Positions 1 through 10,854 of a DNA stretch of 64,000 nucleotides are shown piece after piece. The position numbers and the translations under genes were made by a program. The notes below the pieces were generated by a model. The model had not been told where the DNA came from. It made no database searches and saw nothing but the letters and a program-made list of their open reading frames with translations. The stretch's first letter is position 1. Every line of letters begins with the position of its first letter. The DNA is from Blepharisma stoltei ATCC 30299. Lineage: Eukaryota; Protista; Ciliophora. Where the stretch lies: the NCBI GenBank assembly GCA_965603825.1, contig CBFDEM010000062.1:62001-126000 (forward strand), given 5' to 3'.

Positions 1-675
1 ATCATAGACATGAGATCCTAGTAATTTATTATTCGAAATTTTATTTATGAATTTCTAATCATACATAGAAATGAGAGAATTTGTGCTTAGTATAATAAGC
101 TCACAATGAAGGTTAATGCTTAATTAATTTTAATTTTAAATAAAATTTAATATATAAAGGCTCTTTCTGATTATGATTAGGCTCTAAGAAAATCAATATA
201 AATACAACTTTTACAAAATGCAGGTGATATTACAATTTCTAGTTTGTTTCTCAAGCCAAAAAGGATTTTCTTAAAATCCCAGAAGAAGGCGGCACATAAG
301 ATTTTTAAGTTTCATTCATAAAATTTTATTAATGATGATTTAGCAATAGAACTTGGCTTATGCAAGTATTATTTAATCTTTAAATCTGGATGCTATCAAA
401 ATTACTATGGAGAAATTAGAATTTGACTTTAGTCTATAATTTCCTATAGAGAAAGAAACTCTTAAATTTATTCCAAATTAATCCTTATAGGAAAAAATAT
501 TCAATAAAATTAAAAGTATCATATGAGTGGATATAATTTTTTTGAATCATAAATAAGTTAACTAAACTTTCTAGTTATTTTTAACCCCAGCTATAAAATG
601 TTAGGATTTATTTATTCATAAGAAAACTCCGAACCTAAATAACGGCGTTTGAATTAGTTTCGTAAATAAATTACA

Positions 676-1515
676 ATGGCTTTAACGCTGCTTATGAGTT
701 TTCTTGGGATAGCTGCATCCCAATCTTTCTCATACGATTACCATGGAGTTGAGTGGTCCAGCTATTGCGTCAATGGCCTAAGTCAATCTCCAATCAATAT
801 CACAAAGGCCTACGATGGCCTCGAGTTGCATGAAAACGACAATGACGCTAACTACGCTTATTTTAAACTAGACTGGAGTGAGCGCCACCTCAAGCCCACT
901 TACAATCCATTTGTAAACTTCGTCCTAAACTCAGATTTTGGTTTCTCAAACCTCACCAGTGCTGATGAAGTCCTTATAGACTCCTACCACATTCAAACTA
1001 TTAAGGTCCACTACCCATCTGAACATAGATTTAATAATGATGGGAGTGATATTTATGCCCTTACCAACCCTAACGAAATGGAAGTCCAATTCGAACACAA
1101 GAGCTTGACGACTGGCAACGTTATGATTTTGGCAATTATTTATGAGTGGGGAAGTTCTAATTTCTTTATCGAGTCACTTATTGATTCTTTTAACAATCCA
1201 AGTGGCGCTACTATTAGGATGCCAGAAGCAATTCCTGGGCCTAAATATTTGTGGAACTATTATAATTACACTGGGTCTTATACAGTGCCTAGCTGTGGAG
1301 AAGGTATCACTTGGGTAGTTAAAACTCATAAAGAAACAGCCAGCTTAGAACAATTAGACTTTTTCAGAGGAATTCTCATGGCGAATTATTCAGGAGGAAA
1401 TTACAGGTATGCCCAGCCTCTAAACAATAGGACAATTTACAAGTATTCTTCAGATTCAGGAGCAAGCGCAATATTCATGATTTTTGGAGGGTTGGTCCTT
1501 TCTTTCTTAGCTTAA
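676..1515 (+). CDS. Alpha-carbonic anhydrase-like protein, secreted/GPI-like, probably acatalytic
   Basis: QSPINI, PSEH, Y.GS.T.P.C.E.I.W and NYR..QPLN.R motifs; signal peptide and hydrophobic C-terminus; two of three Zn-His appear replaced (IKVH, EVQFEH). Confidence 0.85.
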   Translation: MALTLLMSFLGIAASQSFSYDYHGVEWSSYCVNGLSQSPINITKAYDGLELHENDNDANYAYFKLDWSERHLKPTYNPFVNFVLNSDFGFSNLTSADEVLIDSYHIQTIKVHYPSEHRFNNDGSDIYALTNPNEMEVQFEHKSLTTGNVMILAIIYEWGSSNFFIESLIDSFNNPSGATIRMPEAIPGPKYLWNYYNYTGSYTVPSCGEGITWVVKTHKETASLEQLDFFRGILMANYSGGNYRYAQPLNNRTIYKYSSDSGASAIFMIFGGLVLSFLA

Positions 1516-1599
1516 AATAACTCTAATAAAAATCATTAAAAATATTATAGATAAAAGACTGGATATTAGGCAAATAATAATAACATTTATATATTTAAG

Positions 1600-2886
1600 A
1601 TGGAAGGGAAAAGATCGTCCAAAGATGAAAGCAGCGGTAGTTCAGATGAAATTGAGTCCCAAGAAGATATTGAAGAAGACCTTCCAAAAAGTGAAGAAGA
1701 GGAAGATAAAGGGTCTAATAAGTCACATTCTGATAATGAGCTTGGTGTTATGAAATTACGCAGGAAAAAAACCCAAAGGAGTACCTATAGTTTTCGTACT
1801 GACAGAAGAAATCCTCGAGGCACAAGAACTAAAAAAAGTGAGTCCAAGCGAAAACAAGCTTTAGCCGGCCGCGGAAGAAAAAAAGCAAAAAATTCCTATG
1901 ACAAGCCAGACTGAAGCAAACGCAGCGAAAGTGAAAGCGAAGAATCTTTTACAGCTGTGGAGCATACAGTTGAAAGCCAAGCCCTTCCTATCGTTGAAAA
2001 ATTCTTATACAAGCCTGGAGTCCCATGGCCAGATCTAACACCTTATTTACAGCAGCTTATAGAAATAAGAATAGCTAGAGAATACATAACCCCATTAAAC
2101 AAGCAAGTAAAAGAGCGGCAATTGTGGGGAAATGAAGTCTATACAAGTGAATCTGACATTGTGGCTGCCATGCATCATGTGGGACTCATTAATATATGAA
2201 ATGACCTAAGTTCTCAATATGAAGGCGTCGCCGTAATAGCTAGAGTCACCAAAGGGAGAAATAACTATATAAGCTGCATAAGAAATGGAATCAGAAGCAA
2301 AAGATGCACAAATTATGAAGGGCATAGTATCAAGCCAGAAAGAATAATTCTTCTGCCATCACTAGGGAAACTTGAAGAACTGGTCGAAATGGCCAAAAAA
2401 ATGCCTACAGATTTCCCTAAAATCAGACAAAAACCTAGCTTAAATACAAAAACAATGAAAATTATTCCTGGGACTTATTTTATTTTTAATATTAGCTTTG
2501 AGCCGGCTATTCCTTATTCATTAGAAAATTTTGGAGATAAAGGCTGGGATGAAGCTGAATTTGTGAGTGCAAAATTAAAAGAAAATGCGCTTTATGTTGA
2601 AACTTGTAATAAGAGATTTGAAATTTCACTAGTGAGTGAAGGAGAAGAAGATCAGATTTTTGAACATCAGGATAAATATAGATGGGCTGAGGTGAAATTC
2701 CCTATCATGTTTAAAGATATTGAATTTATGAAAGAAAACAGAGTTCCACTTGATGAAAATTATGTGTCAGTGATATACAAAAATTTAGACTGGACCAACA
2801 TAGAGTGGAGCAGCACTTCAGTATTTGTGAATGGAGTTGAATATGGACCACTTAAATGCTTTAAATATATCCCTATACATGATTAA
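1600..2886 (+). CDS. Rxt3-like histone deacetylase complex subunit (428 aa, UGA=Trp)
   Basis: Three ORFs join in frame through TGA at 1912 and 2197; RQLWG.EVYT.ESDIVAAM.H.G Rxt3/LCCL-like motif; acidic/basic N-terminus. Confidence 0.75.
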
Positions 2887-2891
2887 TTGGT

Positions 2892-4664
2892 CTAAATTAG
2901 CGAATTATTTATAATTTCTTTTTTATTATTTCCTTTTCTTCCTTCTTCTGCAGCTCTTTTTCGTTTATCAAAATTTTTTGCAATTTTATCTATAGACTTC
3001 GACATAATTTCAGTATATTTCATAGGAGAAATCTGATGACTGCCAATCCAAAATAAATTTTTAGACCTTTCTTTATGTCGAAGAGGCTTTAAAGCAGGCT
3101 CTTTTTGTTTTTCAATAAAAGAGATTAATTGGTTGTTTTTATTATGTGGCATAATTCCTATAATATTATAAGGAATTTTCCCATTTTTATCAGATTTTCT
3201 CTGGATTAAATAGTCCTCTTTATTTTTTTCTGAAATTTCAGCGAAGCTCACATTTAAGCTTTTTTTGATTTCTAGCTCTGAGCTTTGTTTTTCTATTAAA
3301 AGCTGCGTCTTTTCTATAGCAATTTGCTCTTTATGAGCCATCATTCGAGTTTTATACAAATTTTCATCAATTTCTTGGTCTTTTTCTGGGCTTTGGTTTT
3401 CACTTATAAAAATCTCAGGGAAAGGTATCTGAATATTATGTTTTGATGGCAGTTTTTTCAAAGGAAAGTTTTCATTAGATTTTTCGCCTTTAATTTTGTA
3501 TCGCTTACAAGCTAAAAATAAAAAATTCCCTTTAGAGTCTTTAATAAAGTCAACTAAAAGCTCTTCAAGGCAATTTTGTTTTTTTATCATAAAAGTGTTT
3601 ATTAAGCTTGCAATCGTTTTAAGCTGATTATTTATTTCTGAAATAGGCTGAGAACTAGCAACTACATTTACCTTCTCATAATTCTCAATTTTTGCAGTGA
3701 ATTTGCTAAAATCTGTTTCCTCAGATTGTTTATTAGAGTCTTCCACTGTGAAATCGCCTAAGCTGAAATATCTTTTATGGGTTTTCCGCGTTTCTGGGAA
3801 AAATGAGCTATTGATTTCCTCAAAATTTTTTTCTGGACTTTTATTTTTATTTATTATAGATGGCTGTCTTGTTTTCGATCTTAAAATTGGTCTGAATGGC
3901 GTTGATAAAGTCAGCGAAGTTTTAAGTTTTTTATTTATTTCTGATTTTTGGCTTTTAGATAAAGGCAATATCCTTGATTCATAATTTTGTCTATTAATAA
4001 TTGGAGTTGTATTTGAAATTGAGTACATTTTTGGCATTTTGTTTGCAGAAGTCCAATGAACCCTTATTTTTGATGCAAAATTGGTTGAAGGTGTTATATA
4101 TTTTTGCAGCCTGTGGGTATAGTGAGGGCAATTAGCGAATAAATCTTTAGCTTCTTGTATAGAAAAGCATAGCCTTTCTCTGTCATTCATAGCGGTATGT
4201 ATATATTTTGGGTAGGATTTATTATCATTTAAATTTTCGACAGTTTTAGCAAAAAATAAGTCAAGGGAATTTTTTGAAATTTCACAGTTGATGTAGCCTT
4301 TATTTGTATGCAAAAATATAGGATATTGAATAGATGAAATAAATAATAGGGTTTCTGGAATATTTAATGGAATTTTGTAACTTGCACATAAATTCGCAAG
4401 AAGGGAATAAATTTGAGGACCTTTGGAGTATTGTAATAAAATATCATGGACGCTTTCTATGATTGATAAATTTTTTATCTGTTGCTGTTTTGAAAGTGTT
4501 TGCATTTTAAAAGTTTGAAACTCTGGGCCTGAGATTTTGGCTTTGCACATTAGCTCTTTTAAGTTTTCAAGCTCTCGCTGTATCTCGACTGTCCGAACAG
4601 ATGCCTAATTGAGGTTTACTTCTTCATCATCTGACGAAAGACTCTGAAAATTGTTAGACTTCAT
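2892..4664 (-). CDS. Uncharacterised protein (585 aa), one 15-nt intron
   Basis: ATG at 4664, intron 4605-4619, then continuous frame to TAG at 2892. Confidence 0.65.
4605..4619 (-). other. 15-nt spliceosomal intron GTAAACCTCAATTAG
   Basis: GT-AG, A at -6, contains in-frame TAG; removal joins upstream ATG exon. Confidence 0.75.
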
Positions 4665-5170
4665 TTATTAGTGTTGTATTTTTAAAAAATTAATTAAGTT
4701 ATAAAATATAATGGGTCGAGAGATTTAATTCTATCATTTTTACGTGTCTTTTAAATGCTAAAAAATATTGGACCATTAGCCAATTTCTTAAACGCTATAA
4801 GAAATTATTGAAAGTGTTATTATTGGAAATTTCATGATGATTAATCAAAATGCCATAAAATCTAATAAAATTTCTTTAAAACATGCTATTTAAAAGACCT
4901 AAATGCCTAATGAGAAAATCAAGCATATTAGGTTATATTTTATACTTGAAAACTAGCGCTTACTTATAGTCTATGCTGTAATTACCCTTAACCTATTTTT
5001 AAGCGAAATTTATGGCACATCCTAAGAATTAACAATCCTGCATTTTAAAGCCCAACTACTTGCTAAAAACATAAAAATTAATTCCAATTAAAATCTTTAT
5101 CCTTCAAAAGCGAAAATTTTCATTTATTGGAAAAATCAAATCTCAAAATTTTAATCACAATTTCCCATAG

Positions 5171-6196
5171 ATGAATCCAGCCATTCTTTCCAAGATCTAC
5201 AAGGACGCATATGCGCCTATTTTTGGGATTATGCTCTTCACAGCTCTAGACCTAAATCTTCCCACCCTTCTTTTAGAACCCAAAACCCTTTCTGATCTCT
5301 CAGAGCTCACATTTGCCAACCAAGCCAAACTTGACCACATGCTCAAAATTCTCTCAGTCCATGGGTATTTTTCTTATAATGAGCAAACCCAACAATGGTC
5401 TAACAGTCCGTCATCCGCTGCTCTAACAGACGACTCCTTAAGTAAATCCATGAAACTTCTCTTATGGCCTTACAAGTATGAATACCTATCCAGCTACCCA
5501 GAATCCATAAAGCACCAAATATCCTGCCATGATGTACATTTTGGCTTTGATTATTTTAGTGGAATTATGAATAATAGAGAAATTCTTCCAATTTATAGAG
5601 ATGGTGTCAATGCAATGGAAAATCTTTTTATTTCAAGATTAAGGGATATTGGACTAGGGGAGTGCCAAAAAGTGCTGGAACTTGCAGGTGGGGAAGGAAA
5701 TTTGATGGTATATCTGGCAGAGCAGTATCCTCATATCACTGGGGCTGTTTTGGAGAGATATGAAGTCATTGACATGATCCAAAAAAACATTTATGAGCAT
5801 AATTTGCAAGAGAGAATTATGGCGATTAATGGAGACATGCTTGGGGATTTACCTACAGACTATGATTGCATAATTATTAAACATTCTTTATGTGAATGGG
5901 ACAATAATTGTGTCAAAAATATAATTTCAAATGCAAGAAAAGCGTTACAAGCTGGAGGCAAGTTTAAATGGATGGATAAGTTTGCAGTGGAAAACTCAAA
6001 AAAATATTTACATACAACAATTCATGAAATGGAAGACATTAGAACAATTAGGACTTTAGAAGAAAGCCAAAATTTACTCACAGAATGTGGGTTTAGGGTT
6101 GAAAAGATTGAAAATTCTCTAAGAGATGAATTTATCAATATCGATATGGAAGTTAATCCGGCTTCCGAATATATCATTCATTCAGTCGCTATTTAA
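5171..6196 (+). CDS. SAM-dependent O-methyltransferase (Methyltransf_2/COMT-like)
   Basis: N-terminal dimerisation-type region, VLELAGGEG SAM motif, GDM, D.IIIKHSLCEW. Confidence 0.85.
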   Translation: MNPAILSKIYKDAYAPIFGIMLFTALDLNLPTLLLEPKTLSDLSELTFANQAKLDHMLKILSVHGYFSYNEQTQQWSNSPSSAALTDDSLSKSMKLLLWPYKYEYLSSYPESIKHQISCHDVHFGFDYFSGIMNNREILPIYRDGVNAMENLFISRLRDIGLGECQKVLELAGGEGNLMVYLAEQYPHITGAVLERYEVIDMIQKNIYEHNLQERIMAINGDMLGDLPTDYDCIIIKHSLCEWDNNCVKNIISNARKALQAGGKFKWMDKFAVENSKKYLHTTIHEMEDIRTIRTLEESQNLLTECGFRVEKIENSLRDEFINIDMEVNPASEYIIHSVAI

Positions 6197-6227
6197 ATAG
6201 GAAACCTCTACTATAAAAATGAGAAAA

Positions 6228-6295
6228 CTTTTAATTATGATTCTATAATTTTTATTATGATTCTGTAACTTTAATTATGATTCTATAACTTTAAT
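6228..6295. repeat. Short tandem repeat, ~3 x 20 bp (TTTAATTATGATTCTATAA-like)
   Basis: Three copies visible; only one copy at the paralogous site ~10698-10715. Confidence 0.75.
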
Positions 6296-6425
6296 ATGTA
6301 AATGCATAATATAATTTTTATTTGGACATTCAAATATCTTTGTCTGGTTTGATTTAAAGTTAATTGCCATCTCCTCATATTAAGTTTAAATTATTGTAGA
6401 ATCGATATTAAGAAAGCTATAAATA

Positions 6426-8415
6426 ATGGATAAATTGAAGTGTATTATAGAAGGATGCCAAAATCTTCCTGCTTACATATGCGATTGCAGATCAAATACT
6501 CTGATTTGTTTTCCGCATGTTGGCCCTCATATAATACCTGATAAAAATAGGCATAATATATTAGAACTTTATGTTGAGCCCGATTCAAACACTGTAAAAT
6601 CTGTCAGGTCATTCTTACTTCTAACCTTTTCTTGGGTTGATGATTTGATTTATATTAAAATCGATAATAATTTTAAGTCATGAAATAAATTAATTTTGAA
6701 AAATTGTAAAATATTTGCAAACCAAATGGTAATTCGTTTATCGGTAAGAATTTAGAAAATTACCAAGAAGAATTATTATTTACAAGAAATACAATCTTAG
6801 AAAAGTCTAGTTTCAAAGTTGCAAAAATTAATGAAATAATTCCAGAATCCCTTAAGCAGATAAATGGTGACATAAAACAGGTCAAAAAATGTCTAAATAA
6901 TCTCAACAATTTATCCAATATTCCAAGAAATACAGAAGATGACTTTTATCAAGCGCTTCTACTTTCTGGAAAAGAATCAATTAATAAAATCAAATCATTT
7001 ATATGTAAAAAGTCAGATTATAAAGACATTCTCTGCAACCTATTTACAGAAGTTGATATAGAATCAATTGTCGAGAGACAAGTACAGGAAAAGTTTGATA
7101 TTTTTTTAAAACTAAGTCTTGAAAATGCAAATAAGATCTGTAAAGAGAACGTTTGCGACTTAGAAACTTCATTACATAAATGCATTAAAACAAAACTCAA
7201 CGCTACAGAGCAAAACTTTTCCAAAAATATTACAGAAAATATAGGCGAAATTGATAAAATAAAAACAGCAAATGAAAATTTCAAAAAAAAAATTGATGAG
7301 CTAGAAAAAAAATATGCTGAAATGGAAAAGCAACATTCCAAAATAAATACAGAAAATAAAAAAGAAATTGGTGAAATAAAAGCAAAAATTTATGATTTTA
7401 GTTGTGATTTATCTCAGCGTATTAGCGATTTTCAAAATTTAAATAAAACTTGCTATCAAAAAATCGATGAATTAGAAAAAAAAATATCTGAAAAAGTTGG
7501 CGTTGAATCTGATAAGATAAAAAGCGAATTAAATGCGTTTGTATTAAAGAAAAGTTTCCTAACTGAGATTAACAATTTATCCCTAGGCATAGCCGTATTA
7601 AAGGAAAGTTTCCTAACTGAGATTAATAATTTATCCCTAGGCATAGCAGCAGTAAACCAAACGCTAGATACTGATAGAGCAAAGTCTAAAGAAATAGAAA
7701 ATAAATATAAAGCTGAAATATCAAAACTGAACAAAATAATCAATGAAATTGGAAAAGAAATCACAGATATGGCCAAAACAATTAGTTATATAGATGATGT
7801 CAATCAAATTGAATCAAAATTACCATCTAGCATAAAAAAAAATGCCAAAATTGATGCAAAAACAAATCCTTTGGAGAAGAGTCAGCCGATGCAAAATATT
7901 TCATCCTATTCTCCTAGAGAGAAAACTTCGCTATCCAATAGCCAAATGGCACTTGAAATAAATACTGCAGCTGAAGAGTGCAGCAACTCAAAGCACAACA
8001 CTGGCTATCATTTATCAGAATGTCCTAAAACCATTGTCTTGATTGCCTTAAAAAATATATTAACGAAAGAAATGGCCTACAAAGAAAGTTTTATTGCCAT
8101 CATGGAATAAAGCTTGGGATTTACGATATAAAACTTCTAGAAATGGAAGCCGAGCGGAAAAAGAGCTTAGACTTAAATAAAATTTCTTCTCCTCGTGCTG
8201 CCAATATTGCTAAAAAGCTTGAGATAAGTGCCCAAGAATTTTATAGAAATGTACAAACGCCTACAGTAAAGCAAATTCCAAGCTATATATCTAGCGAAAG
8301 ATCAGCAATACAAACTAGAACAAGTGAAAAAAATATGTATAGTGATTACAAAGTATTGATGAGCCCAAGAATTGATAAGCGTTTTCAGCACACTCCTTCA
8401 AAAAATAAATTATAA
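6426..8415 (+). CDS. Zn-finger/coiled-coil family gene A, copy 1 (137 bp insert and 1-nt frameshift)
   Basis: Paralog of 10855-12672; removing 6618-6754 joins 6426 to the 7322 frame; one base missing at 8027-8030. Confidence 0.7.
6618..6754. mobile_element. IES-like insertion, 137 bp, TTA direct repeats
   Basis: Absent from paralog (TTC TTA GAA at 11041); TTA at 6615-6617 and 6752-6754; imperfect inverted ends CTTCTAACC / ATTCTTACC; excision restores frame. Confidence 0.75.
7541..7648 (+). repeat. In-frame 54 bp tandem duplication (VLK.SFLTEINNLSLGIA x2)
   Basis: Two adjacent near-identical copies; single copy in paralog. Confidence 0.9.
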
Positions 8416-8815
8416 GTTTTAAAGAAGAAGAAGAGAAAAAGAGCTAAATTAAAATTAATACTTGAAAGATAGCATTTTCTCTGGCATTTTAATTTATTTT
8501 TCCTGTGTTGGAATGGCTCATTAAGATAGAAGCTTGACTTCTTAGGCATTCGGTTAGTATTTTTATAAACTTTTTCTATTAAACTATTCATTCTCAACTG
8601 TAAAAAGTATTTATGTAGATTGATAAACAATGAGAAAGGTTGTCTGATTTAATGTAAAAATCATGATTTTAAATATATTTTACAAAAATAATAATAATTT
8701 CTTAAATAATCAGGGACATATAGCTTGGAGTTGGCTTGCTTGAACATTTCATATGCTGAATAGATTTTTCTAAGGCTAAAAATTTATAATCTTATGCATA
8801 TTTAAGTCAATATAA

Positions 8816-9711
8816 ATGAAAAAGGCGAGAATTACAAATAGAAACAAAATTTTCAACCAAGCTAAAATTAAATTCGCCACAGATGCTCGTCAGCCAAATG
8901 ATCCTAGCTGCGAAGCAGAAGTTCCTCATTCTCTTTCTGAAAGTCCACGTGCAGATACCATCTCTGATATGCCAAGATCCATAATTGTAGAATCGTTCAA
9001 AAAATTCTTAAATGATAAGCAAGAAAAATTCAATTCTGATAAAAAAGAAATTATAAAACGAAATAATGACTATAGCAAAAGCAGTGAGGAACATTTAAAT
9101 AGAGGTCTCAAAATAATTGATGATAAATTATTCATTATAGAAAATGCTTTACTTGATCTTGATGATCTGAATAAAATGAAAGAAACCAATAAGAAGCTTT
9201 ACGAAGCGCTTTTGAACTCTGATCCAGAAGCAGCAATAAATAAAATTAATGCAGACCTATATAAAGTCTCAGAGAGCGAAAATATCACAGACTTGTTTTA
9301 TCCAAGAAATGACATAGGAACCATGATGGATACAAAAGAAATCCAAGAGCTTATAAATGCCTTATATTCAAATCTAGAAGACATGGAAAGACGCATGTTA
9401 GGAATGCCCTATTTGGTTAAAAATATGTTAGCTAATATCATTGATGAAAAATATAATGATCAAAGAACAGTAATATTATCATCATATGAAGGAGCAGAAA
9501 AAAATTAGAAGAGACAGCCAAAAAGATAGATAAAATTTCTTCTCAAATGAATAGGTATGAAAGAAATTCTCAAACATCTAGTGAAAAGAAGGCTTCGACT
9601 TGAAGACAATTTATTATTATGCTTTTCTTTATTTTACTTGGCTTTGCAATTGGCCTTTTTTACAAAAACGGTCCGCAAATGGCTAGAAGTGCAAATGCTC
9701 AAAGCTATTAG
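8816..9711 (+). CDS. Family gene B, copy 1 (coiled coil, C-terminal TM; 1-nt frameshift near 9500)
   Basis: Paralog of 13052-13938; adding one base gives FIIMLFFILLGFAIGLFY and TAG at 9709. Confidence 0.65.
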
Positions 9712-9786
9712 AATTAATAATAAATAATTAGCTATGATAATTAATATTTTATTTATCAAAATAAATCCATATTTTAATAAATTATA

Positions 9787-10026
9787 ATGGAAGTTTTCAA
9801 ATGTTCTGTAGAATCATGCAAGAATGAGCCTCAATATAAGTGTAATTGCTAACCCAATTCTTTATTTTGCCAAGTGCATTTTAGCTTAGACAAGCATATT
9901 GCTCCTGGCTCTAGGCACGGGTTAGTATCTCTTTGTGTTATGCCTGAACCCCGAATTGTAGAATCAGTAAGATCATTCATAGAAGAAAAGCTAAAGGCTA
10001 TACGGGATGAAGAAGCCTTTATCTTA
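9787..10026 (+). pseudogene. Truncated copy of family gene C
   Basis: Near-identical to 14014-14253, CAA>TAA stop near 9850, cut at the duplication junction. Confidence 0.85.
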
Positions 10027-10112
10027 CTTCAATTACCATTTTATAATAAATTAATACAAATTATTTATATTAATAACTCTCCCACATCTTTAAATGAGCA
10101 TATATTTATTTA
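10027..10112. mobile_element. IES-like 86 bp TTA-bounded filler at the duplication junction
   Basis: Matches neither flank; TTA at 10024-10026 and 10110-10112; begins TTACTTC like the 6618 insert. Confidence 0.6.
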
Positions 10113-10597
10113 AGTAAATCCATGAAACTTCTCTTATGGTCTTAAAAGTATGAATACCTATCCAGTACCTAGAATCCATAAACTGCCAAATATCCTATGA
10201 TTAATAGAGAAATTTTCCAATTTATAGAGATGGTGTCAATGCAATGGAAAATCGTTTTATTTCAAGATTAAGGGATATTGGACTAGGGAGCGCCAAAAAG
10301 TGCTGGAACTTGCAGGTGGGAAGGAAATTTGATGGTATATCTGGCAGAGCAGTATCCTCATATCACTGGGGCAATTTTGGAGAGATATGAGGTTACTGAT
10401 ATGATCCAACAAAAACATTTATGAATATAATTTGCAAGAGAGAATTATGGCAATTAATGGAAATATGCTTGTGGATTTAAGCGTGTTTTATGTTTAGGAT
10501 TGAAAAAATTGAAAATTTTCTAAGAGATGAATTTATTAATATTGATATGGAAGTTAATCCGGCTTCCGAGTTTATCATTCATGAAGTCACTATTTAA
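10110..10597 (+). pseudogene. 5'-truncated O-methyltransferase pseudogene
   Basis: Matches 5438-6196 with premature stops, indels and two internal deletions. Confidence 0.9.
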
Positions 10598-10854
10598 ATA
10601 ATTTTAATATATTTGTGTTGGCGATGAAAATTTAATTTATATATTAATAGGAAATCTCCACTATAAAAATTAGAAAACTTTAAATATATATAAGGCATGA
10701 TTCTATAATTTTAATATGTAAATGCATAATATAATTTTTATTTGGACATTCAAATGTCTTTTGGCTTGTTTTAAGTATAATTACCAGTTCCTCATATTAT
10801 ATTTAAATTATTGTAATTATCATAGCATAGAACGAGATATTGATAATTTATAAT

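Larger units (their letters stand above)
5438..10026 (+). repeat. Tandem segmental duplication, copy 1
   Basis: Colinear high similarity to 10110-14253 (3' OMT, gene A, antisense ORF D, gene B, 5' of gene C). Confidence 0.9.

Noticed and set aside
6618-6754. 137 bp insert as an intron
   Set aside because: No GT-AG ends at the homology-defined boundaries, far larger than local introns, and absent from the paralog DNA
8027-9510. Euplotes-type +1 programmed frameshifting
   Set aside because: Sites lack the AAA-TAR signature and are one base short relative to paralogs; error or decay is simpler
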